DNA of 63,990 bases, counting the filler, from Octopus bimaculoides (Eukaryota): the NCBI RefSeq assembly GCF_001194135.2. It is 6 parts of 5 records of this genome, joined end to end, with 100 filler letters (N's around TTAATTAATTAA, not from the genome) between each part and the next. Parts side by side here need not be neighbours in the genome. Positions count along the whole stretch, not along the records: positions 61,833 to 63,990 come from NC_068998.1; 5 more parts are not named here. One strand, written 5' to 3'. The notes below the pieces were generated by a model. That model made no database searches. It saw only the letters and a program-made list of their open reading frames with translations, and was not told the DNA's origin. The translations under genes were made by a program, and so were the position numbers. Shown here piece after piece: positions 61,833 through 63,990 of the stretch. Positions within the stretch are counted from its first letter, which is position 1. Each line of letters starts with the position of its first letter.

Positions 61833-63822
61833 TATATATATATATATATATATTACGGAGAAGTACTTGCATTGCAAGTGACTTGATCTGAAATCATATG
61901 ATGGAACGAAGACAACTGCAGCATGGAAGGTGTTTATAAGCCATTTAAGAAACATACAAAACCGTTAGATTCACTTCAACATTTTAATTTAATTTGCCAA
62001 AACATTTTTGTTGCTTTGAGACCTTGACCTGTTCACTGACAAAATTCCATGCTGCATCTGATAAAGTAACAGTTAGTTCATGATATATATACGTATGTAT
62101 GTATGTATGTACTTATGTATATGCGTGAGTATTTAGGTAAGTGTGTAGACGTGTCTGCGTGCGTACATGTGTATGTACATGTGAGCGTATGTTTATGTAC
62201 TGATATGTGTCTGTACAAGTTGTACACATGACTGCTACTTTGTTGAAGGTTGTATGGGCGTGTGTAAGAAAAAACCCCACCTAAAACATCTTTAGTGCTC
62301 ATATTAATCTGAAAAATGTAATACTTTTTTGTTCACGTTATTTTGAAGTATTCAGGTTCAAGAGGTGTGTCCACAATATTTGCTTATAAATTATTTACAC
62401 AGAGATTTGAAATTTTGTCAGTGGGCACTTTATGTACCACTAGTTTATAGTTATGTAAATTTCACTGATCTTGCAGAGTAAATTTGACTTTTATGGGCAG
62501 GCAAATTTACTTAACAGATGTAAAAGCATTTACATTATGGATAAACACTAAAACTGAAATTCTTAATGCATATTACTTGTTTGATTTGTTACTAAATCTA
62601 TCCCATATAGCAACTGACAAGAATTTTACCACTTTTCAAGATGAGATACATTATTTTGAATGAACTGAAATACGGGTATAATCGGTGTGGAATAATTTTG
62701 TTTTCCACAGGTTTTTCGGGTGCCTTCAACATATCCAAACCCACTGCAAGCCACTTTTTTCCGAAAAAGAAAGGTGGGAGAGGTGGTGGGGACGTCGAAG
62801 TTTCCCACCAAGGGAGTTTTGTTTCACGGGTCCTTTTTCTTTTCCAGGTTATTTCGCATGCTTCCAACGAATGTCCATCAAGGTCACACGTAAACGGCTC
62901 CTTTTTCCAGAAAGGAAAATATTTGGCTGCTATTTGTAGCATACCCTGCTACCATGTAACAGCTATTTCTGTTCACACAGAAATATTTATCAACTTGATC
63001 CCTTCCATTTATTTTTTCCACTTTATGGAAGTCAATATTTTGTCTGCTGACATCCACCTCAGCAAGTCAACAGATCAAGTGGAAACACATCAATCACTGT
63101 TCCCTCTTGACAAGACAAAGAAATTTCCCTCTGTCTTTGCAAGCAACAAGTGGGTTGATTTGGTTTGAAATCCAGACAGGGCCAACAAGATCCTACAAGT
63201 TATTTATAAGTGGCGTTACATCAGGGTTAAAAGAATGACCCGTACAATACTAAATATGCTAAGACAATCGGAAAGCAATAGAAACTTTTAAAAGTTTACT
63301 GGTTTTATGAAATTTTTGTGTTAATAAACTTGAGTTAACAGAAGCTAAATGTTACGGAAGTTAATTAGTGTGATAAGGATTTTCAAAGTTAAATTAAAAG
63401 TTAAATCGTTAATGAAAATGTAAACTTAGTTAATTAACAATTAATGGCTCAACAGACTTACACCCAGTTTTGTACGTATGTATGTATGTATGTACCCGGT
63501 GCAAGCTATATATATATATAGGGAGAATTCACAAAAAAACAACAGACGAAGACTAGTGATGTAGAAAACAAATAGATGTATTAGTATAACTCTCGGGAAT
63601 TGAAAAAGTCTTTAACGTTTCAAGCCTACGCTCTTGACGATGGACTAGTTGGCTAAAACTTCGAAGTCGCTATCAACAACATTCCTTTATAAAAATAATA
63701 AATTTGCCCTCTACAAAAGTATAGAGTAACCCATCAAATTAACATATAACTGTTTTTATTATAACTCAACATAAAAACAAACACTGATGTCTGTCTATCT
63801 ACCTCTCTCTCTCTCTCTCTCA

Positions 63823-63860
<38 letters not shown>

Positions 63861-63990
63861 TCCTACATTATATCAGTATAACCATGATGCAACTCTGAAA
63901 AGCTGACTCACCAGTCAGTATCAATAGTCAGTAGCTGGCATACTGAAATAGGAGCTTTAAAGCGAATTTAAAATCTATATATATATATAT

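Overview
Eukaryotic draft-genome window: AT-rich, packed with microsatellites and SINEs, with many N gaps. The repeat families resemble those I recall from Octopus, so an octopod origin is inferred but not verified. Five identical artificial 100-bp spacers (44 N + TTAATTAATTAA + 44 N) divide it into separately assembled blocks. The block 26443-51645 holds 13 plus-strand coding exons (2522 nt, about 840 codons) from the N-terminal quarter of HYDIN, the axonemal central-pair protein. All have AG/GT boundaries and 11 of 12 junctions match in phase. Two expected exons are absent and probably lie in N gaps. The left block has one isolated exon (19519-19623) of a different, HEAT-repeat (HEATR4-like) protein. 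The rest is decayed mobile DNA: mariner, RTE and RLE-type retrotransposon fragments, Penelope-like remnants, hAT-, piggyBac- and Tc1-like MITEs, and several SINE families. Most long ORFs in the supplied track are microsatellite or gap read-throughs. The most unusual signal is a set of minimal type I hammerhead-ribozyme motifs. They include a head-to-head palindromic element at 33245-33660 that pairs tRNA-like Pol III heads with one hammerhead-like motif per arm, and whose palindromic centre appears again at 26486-26651. I found no rRNA, true tRNA gene, CRISPR array or prokaryotic feature.
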